From positions 1-64,000 of IMG/VR virus record IMGVR_UViG_3300020176_000010: a stretch of DNA of 64,000 nucleotides; one strand, 5' to 3'. Source of the DNA: a virus. Below, in pieces: positions 47,453 to 56,932 of the stretch. Made by a program: the position numbers and the translations under genes. The notes beneath the pieces were generated by a model that made no database searches, was not told where the DNA came from, and saw only the letters and a program-made list of their open reading frames with translations. Numbering within the stretch: the first letter of the stretch is position 1; the number at the start of each line of letters is the position of its first letter.

Positions 47453-48484
47453 ATGAGTGCTACAGAAAAGATATCTGCCGGCGCAGATCCCGCAAGCGCT
47501 GGCGGCGAAATACACCAGGATGGCGGCCCGCCGGGCTCGGGTGGATGGAGGGCTCACGCTGAGAACATGGAGCGCGAGCGCGACCACTGGCGCGAGCGTG
47601 CCCGGACCATGGAAGATCACCAGCGCTGCACGGTCTGGTACTGGCAGGGCGATGGCAACGACCACCCTGAATCGATGGTGAACAGCTTGCCAGTGGTCAT
47701 CCGCGCAGACCAGCTGCGGGCGCTCATCGCTGGCGGGGTGCAGTCGCTTTCACAGAAAAAAGCTACGCCGGCAAGCGTGGATAAAGCGCAGGCAGCTATC
47801 AATTCAGGAGCGGCGGCGGGGCCGAGCTGGTGGAGCAAGCGCGCCGACGAGATCGAGGGTCAGGTGGCGCTCACGGGCAGCCCGGAGGCCATGCGCTGCT
47901 ACACCGACATGCGGACATTGCTGCAGGCTGCGGCTGGGGCAGCACCCCAGCAGGAGGCGCAGGAGCCGGGAGAAATTCCCGAATCAATCGAGCGCATGGC
48001 TACCGGCAGATACAAAGTGGTGCCTTCACATGAAAGCATGTTCCATCGATGGGCTGTTGTCGCAGGCTCTGGAACGCAGCAGCTCTATCTAGGGCGCGAA
48101 GTTGAATGCCAAAACATGGCGCGCAAGTTTGCTGGCGCATTTCTCGACGGCGCATTTTTTGCCATGCAGCAGCCAGCACCCCAGCAGGAGGCGCGGGAGC
48201 CTGTGGCATTCAGGTGCTTGCATGAATGGGATGGACTGATCCGAACATCCATGCCTCCAAAATATGCGTGCAAGCACTGCCACAACTTCTTCGATGCGCC
48301 GCCCTCACCCGCACTCCAGCCAGCGCCTGCGCCGCTGAGTGATGACGTTTTCCAAAAAACATGGAGGCTGCTCGACGAGCTGGAAAAGCTGCGCAGCGCA
48401 AACCGTGACGAGGAAGACTGGGGTGCGCTCAACAGGCGCGATAGCGAACTGCGCGCAGCGCTGGCAGAACGGGAGGGCGCATGA
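47453..48484 (+). CDS. Mosaic hypothetical protein
   Basis: 343 aa; VWYWQGDG.D..ES module; PQQEA.EP linkers. Confidence 0.7.
   Translation: MSATEKISAGADPASAGGEIHQDGGPPGSGGWRAHAENMERERDHWRERARTMEDHQRCTVWYWQGDGNDHPESMVNSLPVVIRADQLRALIAGGVQSLSQKKATPASVDKAQAAINSGAAAGPSWWSKRADEIEGQVALTGSPEAMRCYTDMRTLLQAAAGAAPQQEAQEPGEIPESIERMATGRYKVVPSHESMFHRWAVVAGSGTQQLYLGREVECQNMARKFAGAFLDGAFFAMQQPAPQQEAREPVAFRCLHEWDGLIRTSMPPKYACKHCHNFFDAPPSPALQPAPAPLSDDVFQKTWRLLDELEKLRSANRDEEDWGALNRRDSELRAALAEREGA
47767..47811 (+). repeat. REP-like element copy (GCAGCTATCAATTCAGGAGC)
   Basis: Matches copies at 60125-60169 and 60436-60483. Confidence 0.55.
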
Positions 48485-48741
48485 CCACCAGAACAATTCC
48501 GGCGCATACGATCAAGACCTGCGACTGCTGCGACGTGATCATGAATAGAGAGAACTCGCGGCAGGATGGAAGCCTGACCCTCAAAGCTGACGCGCTGGAC
48601 ATGCATGGCCACGCGGTTGCAAGCGCAACCCGCAAGCTGGACCTATGCGACTCGTGCCCGCATGACATGGAGAAGGGCATCGGCGCAGTCCTGCGCAGCA
48701 AAGCTGAGCAGCGAAAGGCCAACGAAGGAGCAACGAAGTGA
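48481..48741 (+). CDS. Small zinc-binding protein
   Basis: CDCC...DLCDSC. Confidence 0.55.
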   Translation: MTTRTIPAHTIKTCDCCDVIMNRENSRQDGSLTLKADALDMHGHAVASATRKLDLCDSCPHDMEKGIGAVLRSKAEQRKANEGATK

Positions 48742-49052
48742 CTCACTTTTTCGACGACATCCAGGTCATCAAGAAGCGCGTGCGCGCGAGCGATCCGGTG
48801 AGCAGCGTGCAGGCCGCCGAGCGATCAACGAGGTTCTCAGAGACCCACAAGGGTCGGATCCTGGCGGCCATGGAAAGGCTGGGCGGATCAGCTACAGCGC
48901 ACGAGATCAGCATATCCACAGGACTGTCCGTGGTCCAGATCGACAGGCGACTGCCAGAACTCGAGCGCGACAATCTGGCGGGTGTGGTTGAGCTGGCCGG
49001 AGAAGATGTTATGCGGGGCGGCTTTCGCTTGTGGCGGCTGAAAAAAATTTAG
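48738..49052 (+). CDS. Winged-HTH protein
   Basis: RASDPVSS.QAA...TAHEI...GL......RRLPELER; AGGAG RBS. Confidence 0.65.
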   Translation: MTHFFDDIQVIKKRVRASDPVSSVQAAERSTRFSETHKGRILAAMERLGGSATAHEISISTGLSVVQIDRRLPELERDNLAGVVELAGEDVMRGGFRLWRLKKI

Positions 49053-49273
49053 CCGTAGGGCGGCAAACAGTTGCGCTGCCAAGCGCTTGTTGCACTACAA
49101 TCCAATCGCGGCGCGCAATGCGCTGCACCATAGCTCCCGCACGAACTTGGCCGTGAGTGCGGGGTTTCAGTAGTCGTAGAGGGCTCAGGGAGAGGGAGCT
49201 GTGCGAAAGCACGCCCCGATCTGCGACGGGGAGGCCAAGAGCTTCTCTCTCACCCTGAGCCCGGGAAGTAGTA

Positions 49274-49699
49274 ATGAATCACGAAAACGAAGAGCAATTT
49301 GAGGCCACCTACAGGAAGCGCCTCGCGGAATCGATAGCCGAAGAGCGCTCCCATACCGAAGCCATCGAACGCATGGCGCGCGATAACGCCGAGTCAATTC
49401 GCTACCTATGGGAGCGCGGCAACGGGTACGGCGGATGGATTCATCGCGTTCTTGCGAGCGCCGCCGGTCGCGCAACCGGGCCCGCGGGATGCGCCGACTC
49501 TGGCAGAAAGAAAAAAATTGATGGCGCACTTCGAACAAAAGTGTTTGAGCGCGATGCCTACCGATGCGTTCACTGTGGGGCGCACAAGGATCTTTCCTGC
49601 GACCACATCCTCCCAGAGTCAAAAGGCGGAGAGACAACCTTCACCAACCTGCAGACGCTATGCCGCCCGTGCAACAGCAAGAAGGGGGCGCGTCAATGA
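49274..49699 (+). CDS. HNH endonuclease domain protein
   Basis: VFERD.YRCVHCG....L..DHILP.SKGG.....NLQTLCRPCNSKKG. Confidence 0.85.
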   Translation: MNHENEEQFEATYRKRLAESIAEERSHTEAIERMARDNAESIRYLWERGNGYGGWIHRVLASAAGRATGPAGCADSGRKKKIDGALRTKVFERDAYRCVHCGAHKDLSCDHILPESKGGETTFTNLQTLCRPCNSKKGARQ

Positions 49700-50619
49700 C
49701 CATCAGGCGAGGTGCCCGGCGAAATGGGTTCACGGTTCTCGATAACGCCGTCTTTAATTCCGGCCTCAGCTTTCGAGCAATTGGACTTTTGACGTACCTG
49801 CTGAGCAAGCCGGACCACTGGGAGGTCTCTGTCCAGCAGCTCGTCAACATATCCAGTGGAACGCTGCGCCCAGACGGGCGGGACAGCATCTATTCGATCA
49901 TCGATGAGCTCATGAAAAAGGGGTTCATTCGTCGCGAGAGAAAGCGCGACAACGGGCGCATGAATGGCTACGACTACGAGGTTCACGACGTTCCTCAGAG
50001 AGAGTTCCCATCACCGAAAACGCCTCTGCCGGAAACGGCGGCGCCGGAAACGCCTCTGCCGGAAACGGCGGCGCCGGAAACGCCTCTGCCGTCTACGGCA
50101 GAATCGACACAAGTAAAGACTGACTTGGAAGTAAAGACTGAATTGGAAGTAAAGACTGAATTGCCGGCAGCTTCGCAGCCGCCCGCAGTGAAGGTGGTCG
50201 CTGAGCCTGTTGATGAAAAAGAGACAGCCCTGCAGTCGGCATGCCGAGCGACATGGGCGGCCTACGGTGAGGCGTACGCAGCGCTGTATGGCGCCCCTCC
50301 GCTGCGCAACGCGTCAGTGAACGCGAAGATCAAGCAGTTCGTGCAGCGGATTGGCTACGAGGAATCTCCGGAGGTTGCCCGCTTCTACGTGGAGCGCATT
50401 CGAGAGCGAATCGTCTCCCAGAGGTTCCATGACGTTGGGTTGCTGCTGTCTGGTGCTGAGGGCTATCGGACCCAGTGGTACACCAACACCACGATGACCG
50501 GGACGCGCGCCCAGCAGATTGACAAGACGCAGAGCAACGCCGACGCGGCCGATGAGGCGCTTGCAATCCTGATGGCCCGCCGCCGCGCGCAGGCGGAAGG
50601 GGGTGATGCATGGCACTGA
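49696..50619 (+). CDS. Replication initiator (lambda O-like, HTH)
   Basis: FTVLDN......LSFRAIGLLTYLLSKPDHW...L...GFI; internal iterons. Confidence 0.8.
   Translation: MTIRRGARRNGFTVLDNAVFNSGLSFRAIGLLTYLLSKPDHWEVSVQQLVNISSGTLRPDGRDSIYSIIDELMKKGFIRRERKRDNGRMNGYDYEVHDVPQREFPSPKTPLPETAAPETPLPETAAPETPLPSTAESTQVKTDLEVKTELEVKTELPAASQPPAVKVVAEPVDEKETALQSACRATWAAYGEAYAALYGAPPLRNASVNAKIKQFVQRIGYEESPEVARFYVERIRERIVSQRFHDVGLLLSGAEGYRTQWYTNTTMTGTRAQQIDKTQSNADAADEALAILMARRRAQAEGGDAWH
50014..50164 (+). repeat. Probable replication origin: 15-bp-period iterons plus three 18-mers
   Basis: CCGGAAACG-type units at 50014, 50029, 50044, 50059, 50074, 50089; AAGTAAAGACTGA(A/C)TTG x3 at 50111-50164. Confidence 0.75.
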
Positions 50620-51413
50620 GCGACAACGATCTTGCCTGGCTGGTGCGGCAGCTGGCGGCAACAGCCGAGCTGCTCGGGCAGGAGATGAGGCCAAACGCCG
50701 CAGCGCTGCTTGCTGACGACCTGTCAGCCTACGACAGGCCAACTCTTGCTGCAGCGCTCCAGAGGGTTCGCATGGAGCACACCGGCAAGCTTACGCTCAA
50801 GGCAGTCATTGACCGGATTGACGAGGCGGCTGGCCGACCTGCGGCAAATGAGGCGTGGGCAATGGCGATGAGCGCCCAGGATGAGCGCAACACCGTTGTT
50901 TGGACGCAGGAGGCTTCGGATGCCTGGCTGGTGGCAAAGCCCATTGCAGACAGTGGCGACATGGTTGGCGCTCGCATGGCGTTCATTGCGGCGTACGAGC
51001 GGCTTGTGCGCACCGCGCGCGAGGAGCGCAGGATGCCAGCCGTTACCGTGTCCCTTGGTTGGGATGAGCAGCTGCGCGCCTTGGCCGTCGAGAAGGCGGT
51101 AAAGGCTGGATACCTAACGAAGAATGCAGCTCTCGAGTATTCGCAGCCGGCCGGCCGGCTGACATGGGTTGACCCCGTGAAGCTGCTTGCCGGGGATGTG
51201 CAGCCAGGCCACACAGCAACCCCAGAGCAGCGTGAGAGGCTGAAGAAATTGCGCGACGAGATTGCCTCAAAGGCCGCCCGCAGAGCTGAGGAGTCTGCAG
51301 CAAAGGCGAAGGTTGAGAGAGATGCACTTACCGAGCGAAAGCGCCTCGCGCAAAAGGCTGTTGATGAGCGCTTAATGAATGGAGCTGAAGATGTACGCAC
51401 AGAACACCGCTAG
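50610..51413 (+). CDS. Replication accessory protein (P/helicase-loader-like)
   Basis: Follows initiator; RPAANEAWA...VVWT.E...ARMAF..AY.R....VSLGWD. Confidence 0.65.
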   Translation: MALSDNDLAWLVRQLAATAELLGQEMRPNAAALLADDLSAYDRPTLAAALQRVRMEHTGKLTLKAVIDRIDEAAGRPAANEAWAMAMSAQDERNTVVWTQEASDAWLVAKPIADSGDMVGARMAFIAAYERLVRTAREERRMPAVTVSLGWDEQLRALAVEKAVKAGYLTKNAALEYSQPAGRLTWVDPVKLLAGDVQPGHTATPEQRERLKKLRDEIASKAARRAEESAAKAKVERDALTERKRLAQKAVDERLMNGAEDVRTEHR

Positions 51414-51897
51414 TCATTGGGCGGAGATCCGAGAGATCTACTCTGGAATCACCGATGGAATTAGCAAGTCTCCCGCAAACCGGTACGCAGTGGATCCATA
51501 TTTTTGGTGCGGGACAACGATAGAGCTCAGCCCAATTGAGCGGATTGTCTGGGACGAGGCGCGCGCTTTTGGTCTCGTTCTCTACCCGCAGTTTCCGATA
51601 GATAGGTTCTTCGCTGACTTTGCGAGCCCGGCTGCAAAGGTGGTGATTGAGTGCGATGGTGAGGAGTTTCACAAGGACGCAGCAGCGGATCGTGCGCGCG
51701 AGCGTGTCATGGAATCTCTTGGGTGGCATGTGTATCGAATCAGTGGGGCTGCGCGCCACCGGGCAATGCGCGGAGAGGGGCACAGGATCAACGAGATGGA
51801 CTGGTTGTTCAATCGAATTTGCTCCGAGCACCCGGAGGTGGTGTCAGCTCAGATGGTCTCTCGCATTCGCTCCGGTGGCCGAGAGTTCCAGCAATGA
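51391..51897 (+). CDS. DUF559/Vsr-like PD-(D/E)xK endonuclease
   Basis: SPIE...W...PQFPI..FFADFA......IECDG..FH...D..R.......GW.VYR. Confidence 0.8.
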   Translation: MYAQNTASHWAEIREIYSGITDGISKSPANRYAVDPYFWCGTTIELSPIERIVWDEARAFGLVLYPQFPIDRFFADFASPAAKVVIECDGEEFHKDAAADRARERVMESLGWHVYRISGAARHRAMRGEGHRINEMDWLFNRICSEHPEVVSAQMVSRIRSGGREFQQ

Positions 51898-52067
51898 CAA
51901 CGAAGCAACGCGCAAAGCAAGCGCTAGCCGACCTCCGGCCAAACGCCACGATCAAGTGCCTGCAATGCGACCGGCAAAAGTCGCATGCTGGCAGCGTGAA
52001 GTTTCACGCCCACCACATCTGCGAAGAGTGCGCGGCAAATCTGAAGGCAAAGGAGGTCGCAAAGTGA
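51894..52067 (+). CDS. Small zinc-finger protein
   Basis: CLQC...ICEEC. Confidence 0.5.
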   Translation: MTTKQRAKQALADLRPNATIKCLQCDRQKSHAGSVKFHAHHICEECAANLKAKEVAK

Positions 52068-52378
52068 CCGTCTCAAGCACGCTTCCGCAGGTTCTTGGAG
52101 CCTACAAGCCAACGCCTCGCCCGCCGCGCAAGCAGCAGTACCGCGGTTACTCCGTCGAGCCAAGGCGCACCTCCGAGACCCTGCTCTCCGACCACCAGGT
52201 GCGCGAGGCTCGATGGCTCAGCCAGTACGGCGGATGGACGCACGCCATGGTCCGTGATCACTTTGGGCTTACGGCTCAGTACACGAACCGGCTGCTGTCC
52301 TATGTGGTCAGGTCGAAGATCTACACAAAGGAGGGTGATTTCCCTCCAGGGTACAAGCCAGGAACGGCGACAAACTAA
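52064..52378 (+). CDS. Hypothetical HTH-like protein
   Basis: GGAGG RBS, GTG start; LSDHQVREAR. Confidence 0.5.
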   Translation: MTVSSTLPQVLGAYKPTPRPPRKQQYRGYSVEPRRTSETLLSDHQVREARWLSQYGGWTHAMVRDHFGLTAQYTNRLLSYVVRSKIYTKEGDFPPGYKPGTATN

Positions 52379-52392
52379 GACACAATCGCAAC

Positions 52393-52605
52393 ATGAAATT
52401 ACTTCACATCGATGAGTCCCGCTGCGCGGGCCGCGACACAAAACCAAACCCCACGATCTGCGCCGAGCGCCAGTCCTGCCTGCGTCACACCCAGATGACC
52501 AAGGACCGGGAGATGGGCCTTGAGAGCCTCAAGGTCATCAAGGTGATGACCCTGCCACGCGTCGGGGCGCACGCGTGCAACTACCGCCTGCGGCAGACGC
52601 CATGA
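52393..52605 (+). CDS. Hypothetical Cys-rich protein
   Basis: D.SRCAG......C.ER..CLR. Confidence 0.5.
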   Translation: MKLLHIDESRCAGRDTKPNPTICAERQSCLRHTQMTKDREMGLESLKVIKVMTLPRVGAHACNYRLRQTP

Positions 52606-52817
52606 GCGCCACCGACACAACGAGCGCCGAGTGCATGCACCAGTGCCTGGTACGCCATGTGCTGAAGATGCGCGCCGCGCGTGGTGGCGCAGATCGTGCG
52701 CGCGACTTCCTGGATGGCTGGGAGAAGAAGCACCCTGGCGAGAAGACGCTACGCGCGGATGTCATGGACCAGTGGGGTCGAGGCAACCGTGGCGCTGACG
52801 GCGACTGGAGGTCGTGA
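52602..52817 (+). CDS. Hypothetical protein
   Basis: HQCLVR.......L..D...QW..GNRG. Confidence 0.55.
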   Translation: MSATDTTSAECMHQCLVRHVLKMRAARGGADRARDFLDGWEKKHPGEKTLRADVMDQWGRGNRGADGDWRS

Positions 52818-53290
52818 TGGCTGAGATCCTGATGATCAAGACAGCAGCCGGCGGCCTAGCTCCAGCAAACGACGATGAGGCCGAGAAGCTGCGGCGCATG
52901 AAGACCGGCGCCACGGTGAAGGTCGCCGTCTCCGAGATGCGCAACGGCCGCTTCTTCCGCAAGTGGTGGGTGCTGGCCAAGTTCGCGTTCGACACATGGG
53001 CGGAGACTGCGCCGCGCGCCATGTACAAGGGCGAGCCAGTGGAGCACAGCTTCGACAGGTTCCGCAAGGATCTGATTGTGCTCACAGGCCACCACCGCTG
53101 TGTGTTCAACGCCCTGGGAGAGATGCGCCTGGAGCCGGAGTCCATCAGCTGGGCAAAGATGGACGAGGACTCGTTCGAGAAGCTGTACTCCAGCACGATC
53201 AATGTGATTCTCGGGAAGATCCTGCATCGTCCCGAGCTGACAGAGGATCGCTTACGCAGCCTTATCGACCAACTGATGAGCTTCGACTGA
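52817..53290 (+). CDS. DUF1367-family protein
   Basis: G.L.PA...RN..F.RKW..L...FDRFRK.L.V.TG...PESISWAKMDE..F..LY. Confidence 0.8.
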   Translation: MAEILMIKTAAGGLAPANDDEAEKLRRMKTGATVKVAVSEMRNGRFFRKWWVLAKFAFDTWAETAPRAMYKGEPVEHSFDRFRKDLIVLTGHHRCVFNALGEMRLEPESISWAKMDEDSFEKLYSSTINVILGKILHRPELTEDRLRSLIDQLMSFD

Positions 53291-53367
53291 GTGTTGTGTT
53301 TTTGCACGTTGCTTTTCTGCGACGCTATTCTGTGTTAAAACCTGCCGTCACAACAAAATGTTTTCAC

Positions 53368-53646
53368 ATGAATAAGCAAGAACTCATCGCAGCAGTAGCC
53401 AAAGAATCTGGCCAGGCGGCCAACACGGTGCGCGCCATTCTCGACGCCACCGACAGCGTCGTGCGAAGAGCTGTCGGCGCCGGCGACGAGGTGTTCCTGT
53501 TCGGGCTTGGCAAGGTCTTCACAAAGCGCCGCGGCAAGACAGTTGCCAGCAACTTCGGCAAGTCGCAGCCGATTGTTGTGCCGGAGCGCAACCTGGTCCA
53601 GTTCCAACCATCTTCGGGCCTGAAGCAGGCCGTCAACCAGAAGTAA
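53368..53646 (+). CDS. Second, divergent HU-family protein
   Basis: MNKQELIAAVA...V.LFGLGK....R...VP.R..V.F.PS..LK..VN. Confidence 0.8.
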   Translation: MNKQELIAAVAKESGQAANTVRAILDATDSVVRRAVGAGDEVFLFGLGKVFTKRRGKTVASNFGKSQPIVVPERNLVQFQPSSGLKQAVNQK

Positions 53647-53649
53647 CGC

Positions 53650-54084
53650 GTGCTGGTGCGTTTCACCGTACCGGGCGACCCGGTGGCAAAGGGGCGGGCC
53701 AGGTCTGTCGCGCGCAGGGGCAAGGGCGGTGCCTCGTACATCGCCCACATCACGCCAGAGAAGACGGAGCGGTACGAGGCGCGCGTAGCCGTGTTTGCGC
53801 AGCAGGCTATGGCTGGCCGCCCGGTGATCGAGGGACCGGTGGCGCTGTCGGTGACCGCGCTTTTCCCGATCCCGACCAGCTGGACGAAGAAGCGCCAAGC
53901 CGCCGCGCGCGCAGGCACCGAGCACCACACCAAGCGACCAGACGCGGACAACTGCGCAAAGGCAGTCCTTGACGGACTCAATGGGGTGGTTTGGAAGGAC
54001 GACTCTCAGGTCGTAACGCTGTCAATCGAAAAGCGATACGCGGAAGTCCCGCGCGTCGAGGTTATTGTTGGGGCCGTTGAATGA
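53650..54084 (+). CDS. rusA: RusA-family Holliday junction resolvase
   Basis: PG.PVAKGRAR...KRPDADN..KAVLDGLNGVVWKDDSQV. Confidence 0.9.
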   Translation: MLVRFTVPGDPVAKGRARSVARRGKGGASYIAHITPEKTERYEARVAVFAQQAMAGRPVIEGPVALSVTALFPIPTSWTKKRQAAARAGTEHHTKRPDADNCAKAVLDGLNGVVWKDDSQVVTLSIEKRYAEVPRVEVIVGAVE

Positions 54085-54596
54085 GTGGCGGGATCACAAC
54101 CCTAGAGAGGATCGCTAGGGCATACAGCTCAAGCGACCTCGGCATGGAGAGCTACGAGCGGCAGCGCATCAAGGATGTAGATGTGCTCACCGCAACAGGC
54201 ATTGCGGCAAAGCGCAACAGCCTATCGGCGGCCATCATGGCGGCCCAGGCTGGCGGTGGCGTGACAGCCCTCAAGCACGCGCGCGAGTCCATCCTTGGCC
54301 TTGCTCGCAAGCTGAGCATCCGGCGCAATTGGCAGGTATCCGAGGGTGATCTGGTTCGCATTGCGGAGCTCTCCCTGGTGCACCACATCAGCCCGGCATG
54401 CAGGCACTGCGGTGGACTCGGCTACCACGTCACACCAGGCGCTGACAGCCTATCCAGTCGCAAGTGCAGCCACTGCAAGGGCACCGGCAGACACCCAATC
54501 CAGAAGAGACACAGGGCCCACGTCGAGGTTGTTCTTGGGTCTCTTGCAAGCATCGACTCGCTGGCCGAGTACCACGTAAGAAAGCTGCTCAGATGA
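54081..54596 (+). CDS. Putative late antiterminator (Q-like, zinc finger)
   Basis: CRHCGGLG...CSHCKGTG; position after rusA. Confidence 0.55.
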   Translation: MSGGITTLERIARAYSSSDLGMESYERQRIKDVDVLTATGIAAKRNSLSAAIMAAQAGGGVTALKHARESILGLARKLSIRRNWQVSEGDLVRIAELSLVHHISPACRHCGGLGYHVTPGADSLSSRKCSHCKGTGRHPIQKRHRAHVEVVLGSLASIDSLAEYHVRKLLR

Positions 54597-55150
54597 CGGG
54601 GCTCATCACGATCGACGAAGCTCTGGCCGACCCCATGGCTGGCCGCGCAAAGATCCTGGGGGGAACGTTCGAGGACATAGTCAATCCGGTTGATGGTGTC
54701 GTCTACCCAGCTATCAACCGCGACCCGCACCAGGATGTCGTGCGCGAATTCCACTCCAAAATTGAGAGCGCAATTGGTCGCAGCATCAGTCCAAAGGTGA
54801 CATTTTCCAGGGCAATGTTCCTGGGCATGAGCGCGCCCAACAAGATCCACAGCGATCGGATCATGGCGTCTCATGCTGCCCATATCTACCTATCGACGGA
54901 CTGGCCGGAGGGGTCTGGAACCAGCTTCTGGGAGCACAAGGTGTACGGCCCCGTGCACGACGATCGTGTTGTTCCGGCCGACATCAGGACCAACGAGATG
55001 AGCGACTGGAACAGGCTCTATCTCGCGCAGGCGGCTTTCAATCGCATGCTGGTGCACCGCGGTGACCTGTGGCACTTAGCAGAGCCAATCGGTGGGTGGG
55101 GCGACAAGCCGGAAAACGCCCGCTTGGTCATCACCTGCTTCTTCGACTGA
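54593..55150 (+). CDS. 2OG-Fe(II) oxygenase-like protein (DUF6445-like)
   Basis: IHSD...IYLS......GTSFW...FNR.L......WH.....G.G.....RL....FF. Confidence 0.7.
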   Translation: MTGLITIDEALADPMAGRAKILGGTFEDIVNPVDGVVYPAINRDPHQDVVREFHSKIESAIGRSISPKVTFSRAMFLGMSAPNKIHSDRIMASHAAHIYLSTDWPEGSGTSFWEHKVYGPVHDDRVVPADIRTNEMSDWNRLYLAQAAFNRMLVHRGDLWHLAEPIGGWGDKPENARLVITCFFD

Positions 55151-55638
55151 TGCTGCGCCGCACTCCATTCAAGCGCACTATGCCAGCCTCGCAGGCGGGA
55201 TCCCGAGAGGAGCGCCTACAGTCCCGGGCGGCGGCCGCGCTGAGAAATAGGGCCACTAGGGCTGCTGTGGTTGTTGCGTCACAGGCCGCTGTGGTGTCGA
55301 CGCCAAAGCGAGAGTACGTCAGGAGCAAGGAACTGCGCGAGGCGTACCGCCTGATACCGTGCCAGCACTGCGGCAGAGACGATGGCACGGTGTGCTGCGC
55401 GCACAGTAACTGGGGGGCTCACGGCAAGGGTGGCGGAATCAAGGCTGATGACAGCCGCGGTGCCAGCCTGTGCTCTGCATGCCATGTGCCGGTGCTCGAC
55501 CAGGGGTCGAAGCTGAGCAAGGCCGAGCGGCAGGATATGTGGTGGCGGGCCCATGTAAGGTCTGTTGGCCTTCTGGTGAAGCGCGGACTGTGGCCACATG
55601 GCGTGGCCGTTCCTGACATCTCGTCACCGCCCTGGTGA
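55150..55638 (+). CDS. HNH-like nuclease (DUF1364/DUF968 type)
   Basis: PCQHCG.......AHSN....GKG.GIKADD......CSACH. Confidence 0.7.
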   Translation: MLRRTPFKRTMPASQAGSREERLQSRAAAALRNRATRAAVVVASQAAVVSTPKREYVRSKELREAYRLIPCQHCGRDDGTVCCAHSNWGAHGKGGGIKADDSRGASLCSACHVPVLDQGSKLSKAERQDMWWRAHVRSVGLLVKRGLWPHGVAVPDISSPPW

Positions 55639-56010
55639 CAGAGCGTATGGGTGTCTGCGAAGGTCCATGACCGGAACGCCTGCGGACGCTGCCCTTGACA
55701 CCATGTCGTCAGTCCCGTTTCCGCCGGGGAATGCCACGACGCCGTCTGGCTTTCCCTCCCGTAGCATCCTTTCGTTGCGACTGCTGCCTGCGCGTCTTCC
55801 GAGCATGCGCCACATCTCTGGAGTAACTGGAAATGCGATATGCTCTACGCCTCGATAGATCGCCCAGTCTTTTGCCAGGGTGTCTGCGCCGCGGGCGTCT
55901 CCATGGATCAGCAGTGAGATTCCAGACTTCCTGAACACTGCATCCAGCGCTGAATAGACAGCGCTGCGGTTGCTGTAGTTTCTGCCTCCTGTAACCAGCA
56001 CCCTTTTCAT
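55624..56010 (-). CDS. SLOG-family protein (DUF2493/YspA-like)
   Basis: RVLVTGGRNY...LIHGDARGAD.LA..WA...AG..RN..ML....D.VVAFPGG.GT..M. Confidence 0.85.
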   Translation of the reverse strand: MKRVLVTGGRNYSNRSAVYSALDAVFRKSGISLLIHGDARGADTLAKDWAIYRGVEHIAFPVTPEMWRMLGRRAGSSRNERMLREGKPDGVVAFPGGNGTDDMVSRAASAGVPVMDLRRHPYALSPGR

Positions 56011-56291
56011 GCCGCTGTCTTGCTCGCGTTCTTCTTCAGAGCCTTCTCCCGCGCCTCCTGCGGCAACGCTGAGAACCAAGCCCTGGCCACCGACATCTTG
56101 AACTTGCGACTCTGACCGGTTCCGCTGTTGTTGTTGCGCTCGAATTCGTGGGCCATGTGGCCATAGTGCTTTCCGAGTGCCACGATCTGCTGCCTGGATA
56201 TGCCAAGCTTTTCGGAGATCTCTTCCATGGTGTAGAGCGGCTCGCGCTTTACACCGCTTCGGCGGTAATTGACCAGCGACGCGTAGTTCAT
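56007..56291 (-). CDS. HTH-like protein
   Basis: LYTMEEISEKLGIS. Confidence 0.55.
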   Translation of the reverse strand: MNYASLVNYRRSGVKREPLYTMEEISEKLGISRQQIVALGKHYGHMAHEFERNNNSGTGQSRKFKMSVARAWFSALPQEAREKALKKNASKTAA

Positions 56292-56625
56292 TTGATGCGG
56301 ACCCCCGGAAGCGTCAGCCGACTGATGCGCGCACCAATGTCGGTGGCGTAGTGTGGCGTGTAGCGGAAGTCCTTGTTGGCCAGCCCGCCGTTGGATGGCT
56401 CAATGCGGCTGCGCACGCGTGGCGCCTCCGTCTTTTGGTTGGTTGTCTGTTGCACGATGATCTCCTATTGATCAGCCTGGGTAAGCGTTGAATTCAAGCT
56501 CGCGCTCGAGCGCCTTGTCTGCCGAAGATTGGCGGTATGGATCCAGCTCTTTTGCGCGAGCCCGCAGAATGTCTGCAGCTGCGAGCTCCTCCTCTGTTGG
56601 GATTTGGAGCTCGGCTGGCGCCTTG

Positions 56626-56856
56626 TTAGGCTGCAGCATGCTCTGGGCTGTGGATGCGGCCGGATCGATCTGGCGACACCGCGGTGTACTCATTGCGAGC
56701 AACCTCGGCATCCTCGCGGGTGGCATGCTTGCTGAAGTCGATGAAAGTCAGGCCGGCGTACTTGGCCAGGACGTGGTGCCCCTGGGCGACAGCCTTGGGG
56801 ATTTCGGCCTCAACAGCCTTGGCGTTTTGGCGAGCGATAACGTTCAGATCATTCAT
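56626..56856 (-). CDS. Hypothetical protein
   Basis: GAGG RBS before MNDLNVIARQ. Confidence 0.55.
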   Translation of the reverse strand: MNDLNVIARQNAKAVEAEIPKAVAQGHHVLAKYAGLTFIDFSKHATREDAEVARNEYTAVSPDRSGRIHSPEHAAA

Positions 56857-56932
56857 GGTGTACCTCTTAAAAGTTTGGTGGTGACGCAGGGATTTGCATC
56901 GGTGAGTGCGGCTCGCCACACTCACAGCTACA

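Noticed and set aside
50014-50164. CRISPR array
   Set aside because: Tandem in-frame repeats without unique spacers; better explained as iterons
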